In this document: positions 1 to 11,308 of the stretch, one piece after another | Layout: each line of letters begins with the position of its first letter | How positions within the stretch are numbered: the stretch's first letter is position 1 | Origin: Macrostomum lignano | Taxonomy: Eukaryota | Direction: 5' to 3' | Assembly (NCBI GenBank): GCA_002269645.1 | Contig: NIVC01001789.1 | Coordinates: 62,001-126,000 of the forward strand | DNA: 64,000 nucleotides | Notes under the pieces: model-generated | What the model saw: the letters and a program-made list of their open reading frames with translations, nothing else | Database searches by the model: none | What the model was told of the DNA's origin: nothing | Position numbers and translations under genes: made by a program

Positions 1-1
1 A

Positions 2-342
2 CTTCGCGCCGGCTGCCTGCTGGGCCGTCTGGTGGATGCCGCCGCCCAGTTTGCCGTTGAATTCTCGGACAGCTGCCTGACAGCTGCGGCCAGCTCTGAA
101 CAGCTGCGCCTGCCCGACTGGACTATGCTGGTTTATGCCGACAGCGCCGAGGACGACCGGCGCCTGCTGCGCGAGTTGATCAGCGCGCTGCAAGACGGCC
201 GACAGCCTGGCTGGCTGCGCGAGATGCGCGCCTCCTGTCAGGCATTCTGCAGGGAGCAGCACCGCCTGCTGTTTGGCCTGTTGGCTAAGCCTGTTGACAG
301 GCTGTTGAGCGCTCTGCCCGGCTTGCCTTGCTGGTCGCCAAG
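2..342 (+). CDS. COG7: COG7 internal exon (gene continues upstream of the window)
   Basis: Frame open from nt 2 (LRAGCLL...EQHRLLFGLLAKPVDRLLSALPGLPCWSP), resembling the COG7 segment before the LPAF motif. Ends at donor AG|GTAACT (343), phase 2, compatible with the exon at 9339. Confidence 0.8.
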
Positions 343-532
343 GTAACTTGTATGCGTGTATTGGAATTGCTTGGTGCAGTGCGTAGTTCATAGCGCATGT
401 TTGCTAAGCTGCGAGTTTCTGTCAGTGAAGATTACGACTAATTACCTGGGAGACTACAGTGTGTAGTGCAGGGGTCGGCAAACTCTGGTCCGCTCAAGGT
501 TTGTGTCTCTTTTCCTCTACTCTACTTTTTAC

Positions 533-889
533 TGTAGAAAAATAACTGAAGAAATAACACTGGCCAGTGAATACGTTGACAATAACAACTTGAAAACCAA
601 AGTTAGGATGAAAAGGCTCCTCCAGCAGTATATTTATTTGCGTGGTTGAGAGGGGGGTAGAGAATAGATAAGAAGAAAATGGGTAAGAAGGGCGAGGGCT
701 AAAATGCTCTAACGAGACCGAGGGGGGGGGGGCTGACTGAAAACTCACCGATCGATAATCGGAAAACAAGATAAGAATGTACAGTACGTAGAGCGCGGTA
801 GATAGAAGATGGACTAGGCACACAGGGAATGGAAGAAAATGAAAAGGGAGCAAGTGAATTCTATTAGCGCAAGCTGAAATTTCGCGACA
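533..889 (-). repeat. 3' LTR (357 bp)
   Basis: TGTAGAAAAAT...TTTCGCGACA. Identical by eye to 7360-7715 except one extra G in the poly-G run. PPT (GGGGGAG on minus) abuts at 890-896. Confidence 0.95.
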
Positions 890-1294
890 CTCCCCCAAAA
901 ATGATCACATTTTTCCCGATACCAAAAATTCCAAAAAAACGCAAAAAAAAACAAACACAGGAAATGACAATGACTTCATTATAAGAAAATTTAGACCATT
1001 GAAAAGGTTGAGGATTCCTTCACCAATCATCACTAAAGATTCGACAAACAATGAAAAAAAATTGTAATAAATGACATGAAACATACAAAAGGTTGGTGAC
1101 AAAACACTTAGTGATTTAGAGAAAATAACACGATGACGCTAAGGCCAATAAGTAACTGTCACTAGGAAACAAAAAAAAACTACCAAGGCTAAACGAGTCA
1201 CCTCTTGCAACAAAGAAACAGAAAGCAAAAGACGCGATCATTAAATAGAAATGATGAAAAATAAAGTTTAAATGGAACTCTCACACTTCAAAAT

Positions 1295-4200
1295 TTACTC
1301 AGAGACTTCGAGTGGCACCAAGGCTCGCACCGGGCGCCTAATGCGCTCCCTCCTCCTAGCTCCCACACCGCTAACTACACGAACCAGAGCAGAGCGACTG
1401 ACACCATCACGACCAACAGAAACCGACTCAACAACACCGAGCTTCCACATCAGCCTCGGCTGGTGTGATTCACCGCACACCACCACAACGTCACCAGGTT
1501 TCGGAAAGGGACCACATCCTTGCCCATGCAATGGCTTCTCGCGGAGAGCGGTGACGTAGTCCTCTTGCCAAACCTTCCAGAAACGATTCAGAGCGTTGCG
1601 CAGAAGATCGAGTCGTCTAGGTAGTGACAGCAGCGTTGACGACTGAGTCGCACCTTGATCAGGTTCCCAAGTGAGTCGCACTCCAAGTAGAAAGTGTGAA
1701 GGAGTAATAACTTCACTCCGGTCATCGGCAGAGACGTACAACAATGGCCTACTGTTGATGATAGCTTCGATTTCGATGATTGTAGACGACAACTGATCAA
1801 AGTTTAACTGAGCACGGCCGATGCTTTTCTTCAAAGAGCCCTTAATGACTCCAACTAACCGCTCCCAGAATCCGCCCCACCATGGGGCCCTTTCCGGTAT
1901 GAACTGCCAGGTAATTCTCCTTTCAGCACAGAACGCCTGCACCTGATCGCTAGTGCTGGCACCGAGGATTCGAGCTGCTGAACGGAAGGTTTTTGCGTTG
2001 TCGCTGATCAACGAAGGAAGTCCACGACGCGCCACAAAGCGTCGCAAGCCGTGAAGAAATTGTCGAGTTGACATATCTGATAGCAGCTCCAAATGCACTG
2101 CTCGAGTGGTCGAGCATGTGAAGAGCAACACGTACCCTTTTGCAGGCTCACTAGTCGAGACGTCACTCTCCCCCGTCCGATACAAAATCGGACCAAAATA
2201 GTCGAGACCAACAGTCTGAAAGGGGCGAAGATCCGCCAAACGAAAGTTCGGTAACTGGGAAACGACCGGCACGGTGTACGTACGCCCTTGAATCTTCCGA
2301 CATACAACACACCGAGACAACTCCTGCTTCACTCGCTGTCTACCTTTGAGTACCCAAAACTTCTCTCGAATCTTGCAGAGCGTGGGAGCGACTCCCCCGT
2401 GCGCGACTGACTGATGAGCTCTCCTGATGAGGAGCTGCTCCAGGTGAGAATGACGAGGAATTAGAATTGGATAATTGGTCTCATAGGGAAAGGCTTCACC
2501 GATTCGTCCTTTCGATCGAAGCAAACCTTCGTCGTCGAGGACCAGATTTAGATTCCTGCACAGCGGAGTAGCTGTCGCGTGTTTCGAGAGGTGATCGATT
2601 TCTTTCGAGAATCCAGAACGTTGAGCAGAACGGAGCCAGAGTGTTTCACACGTGTGCAGCTCTGCTGCGGTCACAAAATTGAATTTTTGTAGCGGTGACC
2701 GCGCCAACGAGGTCTTTAAATTCAGAACGAAACGCCTGACCCAAGCTGTGACGCGAAGTAACTTGTTAAAACTAGAGAAACGCTCGACATCAATAATCGA
2801 AGAAACGTCCGATGTTGGGGAATCCAAAACAGACTCACGATCAGGGAACGTGGCTGCAGCCACAGAGGCAAGGAGCACTGTACCAGACTGAGACGTGGAC
2901 TCTTCGGCAACCGGTTGAGGAAACGGAGTTAGAGATGACGGAAAGTCTCCTGAACGCAAAAAATCTGGGCCGTGCATCCAGAGGGTGTTGGACTGCAGAC
3001 TCTCTGGTCGACAGCCTCTAGATGGAATGTCGGCAGGATTATTCTCTCCTGGCACATGTCGCCATTCAGAAATAGAGGTTAAGCTACGAATTTCTCGGAC
3101 CCGATTCTGAACAAACACCTTGCGAAGCTTTTCTATGTTAGTGATCCAGCAGAGTGTCGTTAAACTGTCAGTCCAAAGGAAACGCTCCGCGCCTGGGAAT
3201 TGTTGTGAGACCAGGTGCATAAGGCGCGATAGTATTAAGGCTCCTAGCAGTTCCAAGCGAGCAATGGATAGATTCAGCAGCGGCGCAACGCGAGACTTAG
3301 CCATGAGGAGCACGGTGTCGACGGCGCCATCGTCAGATGCAACACGCGCGTAGATGCAAGCAGCAAAAGCTGACTCACTAGCATCACAGAAGCCGTGCAG
3401 TTGAATGTTTGTTGGCTTGGCACCAAGCGTGCGGAAGAAATAACGAGGAAACTCGAAGATGCAACCATCCCACGATTGCTGCCAGGAGTGCCAAGCCTGG
3501 GAGATGTCAGGTGGGAGAGGCTCATCCCAGTCGATTTTTCTGACACACAACTGTTGAAGCAATATCTTGGCAGAGATTACGGCTGGAGACACTAGTCCAA
3601 GCGGATCGTACACTGATGCCAGCTTACTTAGTACTGAGCGCTTAGTTGGACAATGCTCACTGTGCACGCAAGCCAAGTCACGGAAATCCATACGAATGAC
3701 GTCATTACTCGAACACCAGACGAGCCCAAGGACTTTTTTGGCGTGACCCACATCTTGCTCCGGAAGATGCGCGTTGAAGGAGGCAGAATTCGACATCCAC
3801 TGACGCATATTCATACCAGCCAGATCGAACAATTTTTTAGCGTCATGGTACAGAGCTAGAGCTTCTGTGTCCGAACTACAACTGGTTACGAGATTATCGA
3901 CGTAAAGGTCTTTCCGAACGATACCGACACATTCCGGAAAAGCAGACTCAAACGTGTCCAGATGGCGCAGGATGGTAGCTCGGAGCACACCTGGCGAACA
4001 AGTCAAACCGAATGGTAGACGGCAAAATCGATAATGACATATTTGTCTTTCGTCCGACAAATCGGGCCACAAAAAACGCAGCATATCGCGATCGCCAGCG
4101 TGAACAGAAATTTGGAGAAATGCTTTCTCAATGTCACCAAGAATAGCAATAGGGTTACGACGAAAGCGCAGGAGAATCTCGGGAATGCGAGGAAAATCCG

Positions 4201-4297
4201 TCGGACCGACTTGTAGATGATCGTTGATTGAATAAATAATCTTCCCTGAAAGTTCGTGCAGAACCGTCAAAGACAATACGCAGTTTTGTGTGCTCAC
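1295..4297 (-). CDS. Bel/Pao RT-RNaseH-integrase
   Basis: SINDHLQVGP, DIEKAFLQI, RLPFG, YVDN; Pao RH LHGFCDAS/AKSRVAP/ARLEL/WTDS; integrase HHCC, GLDYFGP, ISDN, GFWERLV. Confidence 0.95.
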   Translation of the reverse strand: MSTQNCVLSLTVLHELSGKIIYSINDHLQVGPTDFPRIPEILLRFRRNPIAILGDIEKAFLQISVHAGDRDMLRFLWPDLSDERQICHYRFCRLPFGLTCSPGVLRATILRHLDTFESAFPECVGIVRKDLYVDNLVTSCSSDTEALALYHDAKKLFDLAGMNMRQWMSNSASFNAHLPEQDVGHAKKVLGLVWCSSNDVIRMDFRDLACVHSEHCPTKRSVLSKLASVYDPLGLVSPAVISAKILLQQLCVRKIDWDEPLPPDISQAWHSWQQSWDGCIFEFPRYFFRTLGAKPTNIQLHGFCDASESAFAACIYARVASDDGAVDTVLLMAKSRVAPLLNLSIARLELLGALILSRLMHLVSQQFPGAERFLWTDSLTTLCWITNIEKLRKVFVQNRVREIRSLTSISEWRHVPGENNPADIPSRGCRPESLQSNTLWMHGPDFLRSGDFPSSLTPFPQPVAEESTSQSGTVLLASVAAATFPDRESVLDSPTSDVSSIIDVERFSSFNKLLRVTAWVRRFVLNLKTSLARSPLQKFNFVTAAELHTCETLWLRSAQRSGFSKEIDHLSKHATATPLCRNLNLVLDDEGLLRSKGRIGEAFPYETNYPILIPRHSHLEQLLIRRAHQSVAHGGVAPTLCKIREKFWVLKGRQRVKQELSRCVVCRKIQGRTYTVPVVSQLPNFRLADLRPFQTVGLDYFGPILYRTGESDVSTSEPAKGYVLLFTCSTTRAVHLELLSDMSTRQFLHGLRRFVARRGLPSLISDNAKTFRSAARILGASTSDQVQAFCAERRITWQFIPERAPWWGGFWERLVGVIKGSLKKSIGRAQLNFDQLSSTIIEIEAIINSRPLLYVSADDRSEVITPSHFLLGVRLTWEPDQGATQSSTLLSLPRRLDLLRNALNRFWKVWQEDYVTALREKPLHGQGCGPFPKPGDVVVVCGESHQPRLMWKLGVVESVSVGRDGVSRSALVRVVSGVGARRRERIRRPVRALVPLEVSE

Positions 4298-6770
4298 TGT
4301 CAGCTTTCACAACACAGCTATGAGGAAGATAATGACAGTTAGTATCTTGCTGTAGGTCGGCATCCGGCACTTTCTCAATGACACCTGTAGCTTCCTGCTC
4401 ACGGATGATCGCAAATGCTTTCTCGAACGTATCCGGTTGGCGCGAGAGAGCGCGCATAGTCGTGTCCAGACGCTTGTATGCGAGATCAAAATGATTGCGT
4501 AGCACGAGTGAGCTATCTGGATGCTTCCAAGGAAGCTTGACTTCGTAGCGTCCGTTGATGAGCTGCGGGTCGCAAACGAATTCATCGATCGAGGACTGAC
4601 ACTGAACTTCTGAGATACCAATAGCTTCTAAGCGCCAGAATCGGGACAAGTCACAGTCAGAAGTGACAGTCAGTGGGTCTGCAACTGTACAGCAGAGAAC
4701 TTGAGAAGCTTCACTTGGCCCGTCAGCTGCTGAATTGTTCGCGGGACTGCCGGAGTCCTCAGTCAACTTGACTGGCCCGCAAAGGACGAAACCCAACTTT
4801 GACGACACAGCTGACGGTCCAGATGTTCCACGAATTACTTCTCCGCCGACGATATCATAATATTGATCGGCCCCGATCAGAACAGAAATTGGCGTGCTCT
4901 CATCGCGTGGGTCGTGCGGATCTGCTAAGTCTAAATTGCGCAGATGCGGAAACTGGTTCACTAAGACTGAGCGCTGAGGCTGACAGATATCATTGACCAT
5001 ATTAGCACGGATGTTCAAAACTTGACGCGAATCTATTTTCCTGATTGAGAAAGTGACAGTACCGGATTCGATTGTTGTAGTGAGACCAGTGAATGTCGAC
5101 ACAGTCAATGGCTCACTCCTGGTTGCCGTGATGCCTAAGAGATCGCATACATCCTTTCTGATGTAGGATCTGTTGCTAGCTGTATCGAGCAACACCCTAA
5201 TCAGGAGCTCTCGCTGACCATCAGCACTCAACAGTATAGCTTTGGCAACAGGAAGGGCCACTGAAGGATTGCTGCTAAGGAACATGGTCGAAGAAAAATG
5301 ATCAGAGACGTGATTCGGTGAAGCGACCGGTGCCGGCTCTTCATGAGTAGCACAGACGGTGACTGAGCTGCCAGCATCGGCCCGCGCGTTCGAATTATCA
5401 GACGGAGCTTGAGCCGAATGATCGAGTGGCGAGGACTCAGCGGAAACTGCAGTCGTAGGTAAGCACTGATTATTTGACCTTGCCTGTCTTCCAAGTTGCT
5501 TTCCGGCAGGTTTATTAGACTTAGCTAGACCGGCAGGCCTAGTGATGACAGTTTTTGCTGGAACCTTGTTGCAAATGCTCACGTGATGTGCGCCGTCACA
5601 GAATCTGCACTGCCGCGGATCATTGCACGTGCGAGCACCATGACCTGTGCGCAAGCACCGAAAGCAACGTTTTTCCTGGTGCAAAAACTCGCGACGTCTA
5701 TCCGCTGTTGCAAATTGAAGACAATCTTCAGACTTGTGTCCAGCCTTGCAGTAAGTGCAGAAGATTTTGCCATGTTCCTTTGGTGTGCTATTCGAGCTAG
5801 ATTGAACTGTCAGAGTTGAAAGTGAAGGCTTCGGCGAGCCTCCAGACCGCTCGCGATCGTGTCCAGTCTTCTTGCCAATCAAAACAGCCTTCTCACGAAC
5901 CTCAATTTCCCGGCTTAAGAGGTGTAAAAAGTCCTTAACTGAATCGCACTGTGATCCTGAATAAGCGGCTGACTTGAGCATGTCCAACCTAAATTCATCT
6001 GGGCACCGCTTGAGTAGGTTTGGCAGCAACAATGTCTCATACGAGGCAGCTTGCACATTCTGAGCTTCAAGGCTGCGCACGGCAGCAGACACATCGTCAT
6101 GAAAACGCTGAAGGCTTGAAAGCGAGGTGTCACTTAGCCTAAGCTCTGACAGCTGATGCATGAGGTCTCTGACTATCAAATCTGGCTTGCCAAACCGATC
6201 TCGCAGAATTGTGATCGCAGCCGCGTAATTCGCACCAGTCACTGCCAGACCCCGAATGCCAGCCTTGGCGGAGTCAGAGAGAGAAGCGAGCAAGTAATTG
6301 AATTTGTCGATATCAGCGAGCGATGAATTTGAGTCCACAGATGACGAAAACTGATCCCAAAAGGTCTGCCAACCCGTAACTGTCCCATCAAAGGTCGGTA
6401 GCTGACACTTAGGTAGCTTCACCTGAGGTTGAGCGGAGCCTGAAGGCTGTTGATGCGCCACGTTTGAACTTTGGGAATTTTCCAGCAATTTAATGTACTT
6501 GCGGCAGCGAAACGAGTAGTCATAGCTCTCAGCCAACTCAGATTCCATCTTATCTTCAGAGAGATCTTCCTGAATCACCTCATCTGCACCTTTTAACGCC
6601 TCCAGCTTCTCCTTGAGAACCTCTAAGCACGCCTCAGCATCAGCAACGGCTTCGGCATTCCACCAACTAAGCGACAAGAGCTTGTCTGCCTTCGCGATAG
6701 TCCGAGTGACAGCTGCTCTAATCAGAGCTCTCTTCTTGACCTCCGCAGACATAACGACCTCGAGCAGCAA
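4155..6770 (-). CDS. Bel/Pao gag-protease-RT N-terminus (frameshifted near 4235)
   Basis: KLPKCQLPTFDG (DUF1759-like); knuckles CTYC..H..C, CFRC..H..C and CRFC..HH..C; protease LLDTAS; RT start HYLPH..KLRIVFDGSA. Confidence 0.93.
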   Translation of the reverse strand: MLLEVVMSAEVKKRALIRAAVTRTIAKADKLLSLSWWNAEAVADAEACLEVLKEKLEALKGADEVIQEDLSEDKMESELAESYDYSFRCRKYIKLLENSQSSNVAHQQPSGSAQPQVKLPKCQLPTFDGTVTGWQTFWDQFSSSVDSNSSLADIDKFNYLLASLSDSAKAGIRGLAVTGANYAAAITILRDRFGKPDLIVRDLMHQLSELRLSDTSLSSLQRFHDDVSAAVRSLEAQNVQAASYETLLLPNLLKRCPDEFRLDMLKSAAYSGSQCDSVKDFLHLLSREIEVREKAVLIGKKTGHDRERSGGSPKPSLSTLTVQSSSNSTPKEHGKIFCTYCKAGHKSEDCLQFATADRRREFLHQEKRCFRCLRTGHGARTCNDPRQCRFCDGAHHVSICNKVPAKTVITRPAGLAKSNKPAGKQLGRQARSNNQCLPTTAVSAESSPLDHSAQAPSDNSNARADAGSSVTVCATHEEPAPVASPNHVSDHFSSTMFLSSNPSVALPVAKAILLSADGQRELLIRVLLDTASNRSYIRKDVCDLLGITATRSEPLTVSTFTGLTTTIESGTVTFSIRKIDSRQVLNIRANMVNDICQPQRSVLVNQFPHLRNLDLADPHDPRDESTPISVLIGADQYYDIVGGEVIRGTSGPSAVSSKLGFVLCGPVKLTEDSGSPANNSAADGPSEASQVLCCTVADPLTVTSDCDLSRFWRLEAIGISEVQCQSSIDEFVCDPQLINGRYEVKLPWKHPDSSLVLRNHFDLAYKRLDTTMRALSRQPDTFEKAFAIIREQEATGVIEKVPDADLQQDTNCHYLPHSCVVKADSEHTKLRIVFDGSARTFREDYLFNQRSSTSRSDGFSSHSRDSPALSS

Positions 6771-7142
6771 CGAGCAGCAACCAAGCAGCTAGCAGTGAGA
6801 GAGTTCAGAGAGGAGCGCAATAGGACCCACAACTAACCTCAGTGCACACCCAAATCAAGCGAAAATTTTACTGAATTAGGAAAATGTGAATAAAATTGCA
6901 AAGTGAAAATCTACGACTACGCGAGTTTTAGCAAAAGCAGTGAAACAAACAACACGCAATGAATAGAAAGGAGTATAAATGAGTGGAAAGTCGGACAGCT
7001 AACTGAAAACAGTCCAAATGAAAACTTAGCTGGCAGACGAGTCGACTTCTCCAGGCAGCTGTCCAGTTCGTCCGTCCTGAGTCCTGAATCCGGAGTGAGC
7101 ACAGAGTCTGAAGCCTTGAGCACGATGAGAAGCAAAGACGAC

Positions 7143-7262
7143 GACGAAGACGAGCAGACGAACGCAGAGGTAACGAAGGCAGATTCGACGAAGACGAGCA
7201 GACGAACGCAGAGGTAACGAAGGCAGATTCGACGAAGACGAGCAGACGAACGCAGAGGTAAC
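7143..7262. repeat. ~44-bp tandem repeat (~3 copies) in the retrotransposon 5' UTR
   Basis: GACGAAGACGAGCAGACGAACGCAGAGGTAACGAAGGCAGATTC repeated. Confidence 0.85.
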
Positions 7263-7349
7263 AAAATCGATACGATGCGAGACGATAGAGTAAACGAGCC
7301 GAACGAAGGGTCACAAGCAGAAGCAGTGTAGTGAACGGGTTCAATTCAG

Positions 7350-7359
7350 TCGGGCGCCA
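7350..7359 (-). promoter_or_regulatory. Primer-binding site (TGGCGCCCGA), tRNA-Lys-like
   Basis: Immediately internal to the 5' LTR; the first 10 nt match the classical tRNA-Lys PBS TGGCGCCCGA. Confidence 0.7.
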
Positions 7360-7715
7360 TGTAGAAAAATAACTGAAGAAATAACACTGGCCAGTGAATA
7401 CGTTGACAATAACAACTTGAAAACCAAAGTTAGGATGAAAAGGCTCCTCCAGCAGTATATTTATTTGCGTGGTTGAGAGGGGGGTAGAGAATAGATAAGA
7501 AGAAAATGGGTAAGAAGGGCGAGGGCTAAAATGCTCTAACGAGACCGAGGGGGGGGGGCTGACTGAAAACTCACCGATCGATAATCGGAAAACAAGATAA
7601 GAATGTACAGTACGTAGAGCGCGGTAGATAGAAGATGGACTAGGCACACAGGGAATGGAAGAAAATGAAAAGGGAGCAAGTGAATTCTATTAGCGCAAGC
7701 TGAAATTTCGCGACA
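7360..7715 (-). repeat. 5' LTR (356 bp)
   Basis: Direct repeat of 533-889. Confidence 0.95.
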
Positions 7716-7726
7716 ACTTTCTTTCA

Positions 7727-7890
7727 ACTACTTTCCTCTCTCTCTCTCTCTGCTCTCTTTCCCTTCTCTCATCTCTCCTCTTTTCCCTCTTTCCTTTCCT
7801 CCTCTTCTCTCATCTCCTCTCCTCTCCTCTCCCTTCTCTCCTCTTTCCTTTTCTTCTTCTCTCTCTCCTCTCTCCTCTCTCCCTCCTCTG
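7727..7890. repeat. CT-rich degenerate microsatellite
   Basis: Direct inspection; a CT-rich stretch also precedes the left LTR. Confidence 0.9.
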
Positions 7891-8049
7891 GCCTGCAGTC
7901 ATGCGCTAGGTTCTCTATCTGGCCTTTTAGATAAAATAGTTATCAATGATTCGTTCTCTATGAGGCGTTAAATGCGGTGTTGCCATAGACAAATGTAACA
8001 AATTTAGCATCCTGCTTCAATCAGTTAACTCTTTCCTCTCACTTACATA

Positions 8050-9250
8050 CGAGGGGTATTCAATAAGTTTCCGGATACACAATAAAAAATAGCAAATAAA
8101 AAATTACTATTAGGTCTTTTCAAAGTACTCCCCAGCAGCTTCGATGCACTTCCTCATCCTCTCAAACCAAGTAGAAAAGCAGCCAGTCCATTTGGACTAA
8201 GGGATGTTGTACAGGTGACTGCGGAAGGCCTCGACAGCCAACTCCGGCAACTCAAACCGAACTCCTTTGGGCAGGCGCTTGACCCGAGGGAACACAAAGA
8301 AGTCGCACAGTGCCAGGTCTGGACTGTAGGGTAGATGTTGAAGCAGCTGGATGCGGTTCTGCTCCATAAACTCCATTGTTTGTCGCGCAGTGTGGGCTGG
8401 GGCATTGTCCTGGTGGAGCAACAGGCTGCGAGTTCGAGTCCTTGGACGCCTCTCGTCGATGGACTGTAGCACCTGCGGCATGCATTCGGTAACATTCCAT
8501 CCGGCAGTCACATGACACAGGGCCACATGACTGCTACGAGCCACAAAAGAAGCTGTACACTGTACACCCAGGTTTCATCACTAGTGATAATCTCCTATAG
8601 GTGCTCGTTGACCTCCCACTGTCAAAACTGTTGAGCATGGCTTGGCAACAATCGACCCAGGCCTGCTTCTGCTCCTGGGTCAGGTGGTGGGGTACCCAAC
8701 GGGCGGATGCCTTGCTCAGCCTGAGCCTTTTGTGCAGAATGGTGGAGGTGCTTCCCGATGAAATGCCGATAGCTGTGGCTAGTTGCTGAACCATCATTTG
8801 CGGATCTTCTTCAATCAGTGCTCGCACTGCAGCAACGTTTTCATCGGTTGTCAAGCTTGGAGGTCGTCCCTCTCGAGCTTCGTCTTCAAGCGACAGCCGA
8901 CCCCGACGAAATTCGGCGAACCAGTCAAAAACGGTTGCTCTGGATGGCGCAGTGTCGCCGAAGGCCTGGTGAAGCCGTTCCAAGCTCTCTGACTGCGTCA
9001 GACCACTTTTGTAGTCGTAGTAAATCATCGCTCTCCAGTGCAGAGTGCGCGACAGTTCCATTGCAGATAGGTTTGATAAAGGGAGGGGGGGTAGGTGACT
9101 AAAATAAAATTCTAAGTGGCAGGGTTGAAAGTGGAGCCTTTTATATTTGATGAATAAGCTTGGGACATTTATATCTTTTAGTTAATTACATTGTGTGCAG
9201 ACCTAAACAAGCTGTTTCATGTATTTCGGAAACTTATTGAACACCTCTCG
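8050..9250 (-). mobile_element. Degenerate mariner element (DD34D; Hsmar2/irritans-like TIR)
   Basis: ~30-bp imperfect TIRs CGAGGGGTATTCAATAAGTTTCCG / CGGAAACTTATTGAACACCTCTCG, flanked by TA at 8048-49 and 9251-52. Confidence 0.9.
8197..9061 (-). pseudogene. Mariner transposase pseudogene
   Basis: HTH region, RWVPHHLT, frameshifted (I)ITSDETWV, DNAPAH, PYSPDLALCDF; internal deletion between the first two catalytic Asp regions. Confidence 0.92.
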
Positions 9251-9338
9251 TATTTCTCGCGTTTTACTACTCATTTATGCTTTTGGAAGTAGCATATATT
9301 AAAAAAGTAAGCGGTAAAAAAAATTGAAAAACCTTCAG

Positions 9339-9612
9339 ACCCGACGATCCGGCTGCAGCTCAGCAACTGCCGGCTTTTGGTTATTTAGCCAGCGAGTGCG
9401 TTGCCCAGGTTGGGCAGTACCTGCTGCACCTGCCGCAGCAGCTGGGGCCCTTCCTGTCTGCCGATACACCTGGCCTCAGGTCCGCTATTGCTCACTCCGG
9501 TCTCACCCAGATGCTGCAGCATCATCACCATCAGCAGCATCAGAGGCTGGGGCAGCAGCAGCAACAGGCCGCTGAGACTGAGGATGGCGCTGCGACTGCA
9601 ACTAGCGACCAG
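9339..9612 (+). CDS. COG7: COG7 penultimate exon
   Basis: Acceptor CCTTCAG| at 9338 and donor CAG|GTTAGT at 9613. Encodes PDDPAAAQQLPAFGYLASECVAQVGQYLLHLPQQLGPFL, matching COG7 LPAFSxxPxEYIxxIGQYxxxLPxxLEPF, followed by a His/Gln-rich insert. Phase 2 in, phase 0 out. Not in the ORF track in this frame. Confidence 0.85.
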
Positions 9613-9625
9613 GTTAGTTTCACCT

Positions 9626-9924
9626 CTGTCTGTCTGTCTGTCTTAGTGTCTGTCTTAGTGTCTGTCTGACAGGCTGTCTGTCTTTCTGTCTGTCTGACAG
9701 GCTGTCTGTCTTTCTGTCTGTCTGACAGGCTGTCTGTCTTTCTGTCTGTCTGACAGGCTGTCTGTCTTTCTGTCTGTCTGTCTGTCTGTCTGTCTGTGTC
9801 TGTCTGCTGCCTGCCTGTCTGCTGTCTGTCTGTCTGTGTCTTTCTGTGTCTGTCTGTCTGTCTGTCTTTCTGTCTGTCTGTCTGTCTGTCTTAGTGTCTG
9901 TCTGCTGTCTGTCTGTCTGTCTGC

Positions 9925-9968
<44 letters not shown>

Positions 9969-9972
9969 CGAG

Positions 9973-10016
<44 letters not shown>

Positions 10017-10044
10017 CGAGTGTCTGTCTGTCTGTCTGTCTGTC
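9626..10044. repeat. (TGTC)n microsatellite
   Basis: Direct inspection; source of spurious VCLS ORFs. Confidence 0.97.
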
Positions 10045-10737
10045 TTTTCCCGTTGAAAACGTTACGGTGACAAGAATCGCTAAAGAGTCATTGCAAACAA
10101 CTCAGTAGTGACTCTAACGACTCTGGGGCAACTCTTGAGACCTTCACGACTCAAACGACTGTATGCGACGTAGAAGCGACTTGTTGCATAATTAAAGAGT
10201 CACGAAAAAGTTGTCCAAGAGTCGCTGTGTTAACGCTTAACTTTCTACTAACTCAAGTAGACTAAATGGAGTTGTTATAAATGCAAAGTGCGACACGTCG
10301 TTTTAGAGACGTGAGTCACTTTTTTCCTATTCTCGTACCTGTAATCAAACAGCTCTGGGGCGACGCAAGTGACAGACGCTTCTTAGCCTGGGTACCGTTT
10401 TCATCGGGTCTGTGTGTTTGCCTGTCTGCTGGCTGGCTGGCTGTCTGTTTGCCTGCCTGTCGGTCTGGAAATCGCCTTTGAATTACGATTCCTTCTTTTT
10501 CTGCGCCTCACTTCTCTATCTCCAAACGTATTTCGTCTTGCTCCCTTCTCTCACATCTCCATTCTCTTTACCTCCCATCTCTCCCTGTATGATGGAATAA
10601 GCGCCAGTTGAAAAAGCTAGTAGTACATACAAACTTAAAGCTTCTTAAACTTCTTGAGTGAGAATCAAGTCGCCAGAAGGTCGGATTCTTACCATATGCG
10701 CCATGCATATTCTTAAACACTTAAGCACTTAAGTGTC

Positions 10738-11308
10738 TTAAGCACTCAGTCCTCATCCTAACGGCATCGGTAGCCTTCAACAGGTGGCACCAGGTGACTA
10801 TGGATACCCTCAACTATAGTGTCTTAAGCACTCCGTCCTCATCCTAACGGCATCGGTAGCCTTCAACAGGTGGCACCAGGTGACTATGAATACCCTCAAC
10901 TATAGTGTCTTAAGCACTCAGTCCTCATCCTAACGGCATCGGTAGTCTTCAACAGGTGGCACCAGGTGACTATGGATACCCTCAACTATAGTGTCTTAAG
11001 CACTCCGTCCTCATCCTAACGGCATCGGTAGTCTTCAACAGGTGGCACCAGGTGACTATGGATACCCTCAACTATAGTGTCTTAAGCACTCAGTCCTCAT
11101 CCTAACGGCATCGGTAGTCTTCAACAGGTGGCACCAGGTGACTATGGATACCCTCAACTATAGTGTCTTAAGCACTCCGTCCTCATCCTAACGGCATCGG
11201 TAGCCTTCAACAGGTGGCACCAGGTGACTATGGATACCCTCAACTATAGTGTCTTAAGCACTCAGTCCTCATCCTAACGGCATCGGTAGTCTTCAACAGG
11301 TGGCACCA
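10738..11308. repeat. 86-bp tandem repeat, ~6.6 copies
   Basis: Unit CTTAAGCACTCAGTCCTCATCCTAACGGCATCGGTAGCCTTCAACAGGTGGCACCAGGTGACTATGGATACCCTCAACTATAGTGT; period 86 (10742 to 10828). Confidence 0.95.

Larger units (their letters stand above)
533..7715 (-). mobile_element. Full-length Bel/Pao LTR retrotransposon in COG7 intron
   Basis: Two TG...CA LTRs, PBS, PPT, and gag-PR-RT-RH-IN order with three gag zinc knuckles. Confidence 0.96.

Noticed and set aside
494-1102. env-like or extra ORFs at the LTR element 3' end (also 6917-7727)
   Set aside because: These are translations of LTR/UTR sequence duplicated at both ends, with no env features.
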